From: Nitrospinales bacterium | GTDB taxonomy: Bacteria; Nitrospinota; Nitrospinia; Nitrospinales; JAJDAT01 | Direction: 5' to 3' | DNA: 16,094 nucleotides | Assembly: GCA_046757665.1 (NCBI GenBank) | Contig: JBHHYO010000064.1 | Location: forward strand, 1 to 16,094 | Shown: positions 14,411 through 16,094 of the stretch, in pieces | How positions within the stretch are numbered: the first letter of the stretch is position 1 | Layout of the letters: the number at the start of each line of letters is the position of its first letter | Translations under genes and position numbers: made by a program | Notes under the pieces: model-generated | Told to the model about the DNA's origin: nothing | What the model saw: only the letters and a program-made list of their open reading frames with translations | The model's database searches: none

Positions 14411-15760
14411 TCATGCTTTTCCGGCCTCCTCCGCGCAGGCGATCAGATCGTAATCCAGGCTCGCCGTAACGCGCGCCGGCAGGATTTGCCCCGGTTCGGC
14501 ATGGGTCTTTTCGAGAATCACCTGGCCGTCGATCTCCGGCGCCTGAAACGGAAACCTGCCGGTGAGCAGAAACTCATCGTCCAACCTCTCCACCAGCACG
14601 GGATAAACCTGGCCGACGCGGCGCGCGTTTTTGCGCCGGGAAATGGCCCGTTGAATGTGCATCAATTCATCTTTTCTTTCCCGGGCCGTTTTCCCGGGAA
14701 CGCGGTCGGGATAATCGTAAGCGGCGGTGCCCTCCTCATCGGAATAGGTGAAAACGCCGACGTGGTCAAACTCTATCTCCGCGAGGAAATCCGCCAAGCG
14801 GCGGAACTGTGCGTCGGTTTCGCCGGGGAAACCCGTGATGAAAGTCGTGCGTAGCGCAACACCCGGTATCTTGCGGCGCAGTTCCGCCAGCAGGGCGCGC
14901 ACATCCTTCTCGCTCTCCTGACGCTTCATCCTGCGCAACATGCCGTCGTCAATGTGCTGAAGCGGAACATCAATATAATTGCAAACCTTGTCCTCGCCGC
15001 CGATGTAGTCGATCAACCCCGTGCCGAGGAACGTCGGATAGCAGTACAACAGCCGGAGCCATTCGACGCCTTCGATGGCGGCCAGGGCCTTGAGCAGTTG
15101 CACCAATCCGTCCTTCATTCGCAAATCCGCGCCATACAGAGTGGTCACCTGGGAAATCAGGTTGAACTCTTTCACACCCCCTTGCGCCAGGCCGCGGGCT
15201 TCCTCGACAATGGACTCCATAGGCCGACTGCGAAAGGCGCCGCGGATTTGCGGGATATAGCAGAAGGCGCACTGGTGCGAGCAACCTTCCGCAATCTTCA
15301 AATACGCCGAATAAAACGGCGTCGTCAGGGCACGCCGGCTAAAAGATTCATAATATTCCGCCGCGTCGTTCACATGGTTGACCCCGTTGGCGCCGTCCCG
15401 CCGGGTTTCCCCCACGGTGGCCAGAAGATGCTTCAGACGGGGATACTGGTTCACCCCCAGCATCAGGTCGATCTCCGGAATTTCCTTGAGCAACTCCTCG
15501 CTGTAGCGTTCGGACAGACAGCCGGTTACCACCAGCTTTTGGCACCGACCCTCCGACTTCAACCGCGCCATTTCCAGAATGGCGTCGATCGACTCCCGTT
15601 TCGCGGACTCGATGAAACCGCAGGTGTTGACGATGATGACGTCCGCTTCCTCCTGGACGGGCGTAATCTCGTAGCCGCTTTGCGCGAGGTCGCCCAAAAC
15701 AAGCTCCGTGTCCACGCTATTCTTCGGACAGCCCAGGCTGACCATGCCGATTTTTTTCAT
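14411..15760 (-). CDS. rimO: Ribosomal protein S12 methylthiotransferase RimO
   Basis: 449 aa. UPF0004 domain SLGCPKNSVD, NTCGFIESAK.ESI, VTGCL; radical SAM motif CSHQCAFC; C-terminal TRAM with GR..FQAPEIDG, which is RimO-like rather than MiaB-like. Confidence 0.96.
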   Translation of the reverse strand: MKKIGMVSLGCPKNSVDTELVLGDLAQSGYEITPVQEEADVIIVNTCGFIESAKRESIDAILEMARLKSEGRCQKLVVTGCLSERYSEELLKEIPEIDLMLGVNQYPRLKHLLATVGETRRDGANGVNHVNDAAEYYESFSRRALTTPFYSAYLKIAEGCSHQCAFCYIPQIRGAFRSRPMESIVEEARGLAQGGVKEFNLISQVTTLYGADLRMKDGLVQLLKALAAIEGVEWLRLLYCYPTFLGTGLIDYIGGEDKVCNYIDVPLQHIDDGMLRRMKRQESEKDVRALLAELRRKIPGVALRTTFITGFPGETDAQFRRLADFLAEIEFDHVGVFTYSDEEGTAAYDYPDRVPGKTARERKDELMHIQRAISRRKNARRVGQVYPVLVERLDDEFLLTGRFPFQAPEIDGQVILEKTHAEPGQILPARVTASLDYDLIACAEEAGKA

Positions 15761-15792
15761 AACAAACCACTCTTTTATTAAATTGGCCCTAC

Positions 15793-15821
15793 ATAGTACG
15801 GGATAAACGGAAAATGGTGAA
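15793..15821 (-). promoter_or_regulatory. Putative sigma70 promoter for rimO-pfkA
   Basis: Minus strand TTCACC-17nt-TACTAT in the AT-rich spacer upstream of rimO. Confidence 0.45.
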
Positions 15822-15842
15822 GCAAAAACCCCTTAAGCCAGG

Positions 15843-16094
15843 CTAAACAACCACGGCGGCGTCGATGGTGATCTGGCGGTCTCTTACCCGCCGGTCGAAA
15901 ACTTTAAAAACATGCTCCGTCAAATCGTCCAGGTCCTGCGTCACCACTTTGACCTGCAGGTCCACGTTATCCAGGGCGTTCTCCAGGCGTTCCAGCTTGT
16001 TTTTCCGATTCGTTGAGCTTGGGCCCGCCCAGGCCGAAGAGTTTGCCGAACGCCGTGCCGATGCCGGTGCCGAAAAACGAACCGACACCCGCGC
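15843..16094 (-). CDS. 3' end of a hypothetical protein (start lies outside the window)
   Basis: The frame is open to the window edge. It ends with a coiled-coil-like segment KLERLENALDNVDLQVKVVTQDLDDLTEHVFKVFD and a stop at 15843. Confidence 0.55.
   Translation of the reverse strand, partial: ARVSVRFSAPASARRSANSSAWAGPSSTNRKNKLERLENALDNVDLQVKVVTQDLDDLTEHVFKVFDRRVRDRQITIDAAVVV

Noticed and set aside
1-16094. CRISPR array, tRNA/rRNA genes, transposase, integrase or defence genes
   Set aside because: No regularly spaced direct repeats, cloverleaf or rRNA-like sequence, or such protein motifs were seen.

Overview
Core-genome segment of a GC-rich diderm bacterium. The gene content and order suggest a Nitrospinota/deltaproteobacteria-grade organism, but that is inference only. 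Almost everything is on the minus strand: a partial hypothetical gene, rimO, pfkA, a ~530-nt structured spacer, then the conserved rpsB-tsf-pyrH-frr-uppS-cdsA-dxr cluster extended by a stand-alone ispF. Beyond that lie a plus-strand MlaC-like gene, a secreted TPR protein, recN, a 773-aa ORF and a partial LolB-like lipoprotein. The most unusual element is the 773-aa ORF, which joins a DciA/DUF721-like helicase-loader domain in frame to an internal lipoprotein signal and a large TPR scaffold. Also notable: pyrH has no clean in-frame start (the ATG coupled to the tsf stop is out of frame, with a slippery heptamer nearby), there is a clear S2-type rpsB leader RNA, a 42-bp near-perfect palindrome resembling collapsed IS ends, and REP-like hairpins downstream of pfkA. 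No CRISPR array, tRNA/rRNA gene or transposase was seen.
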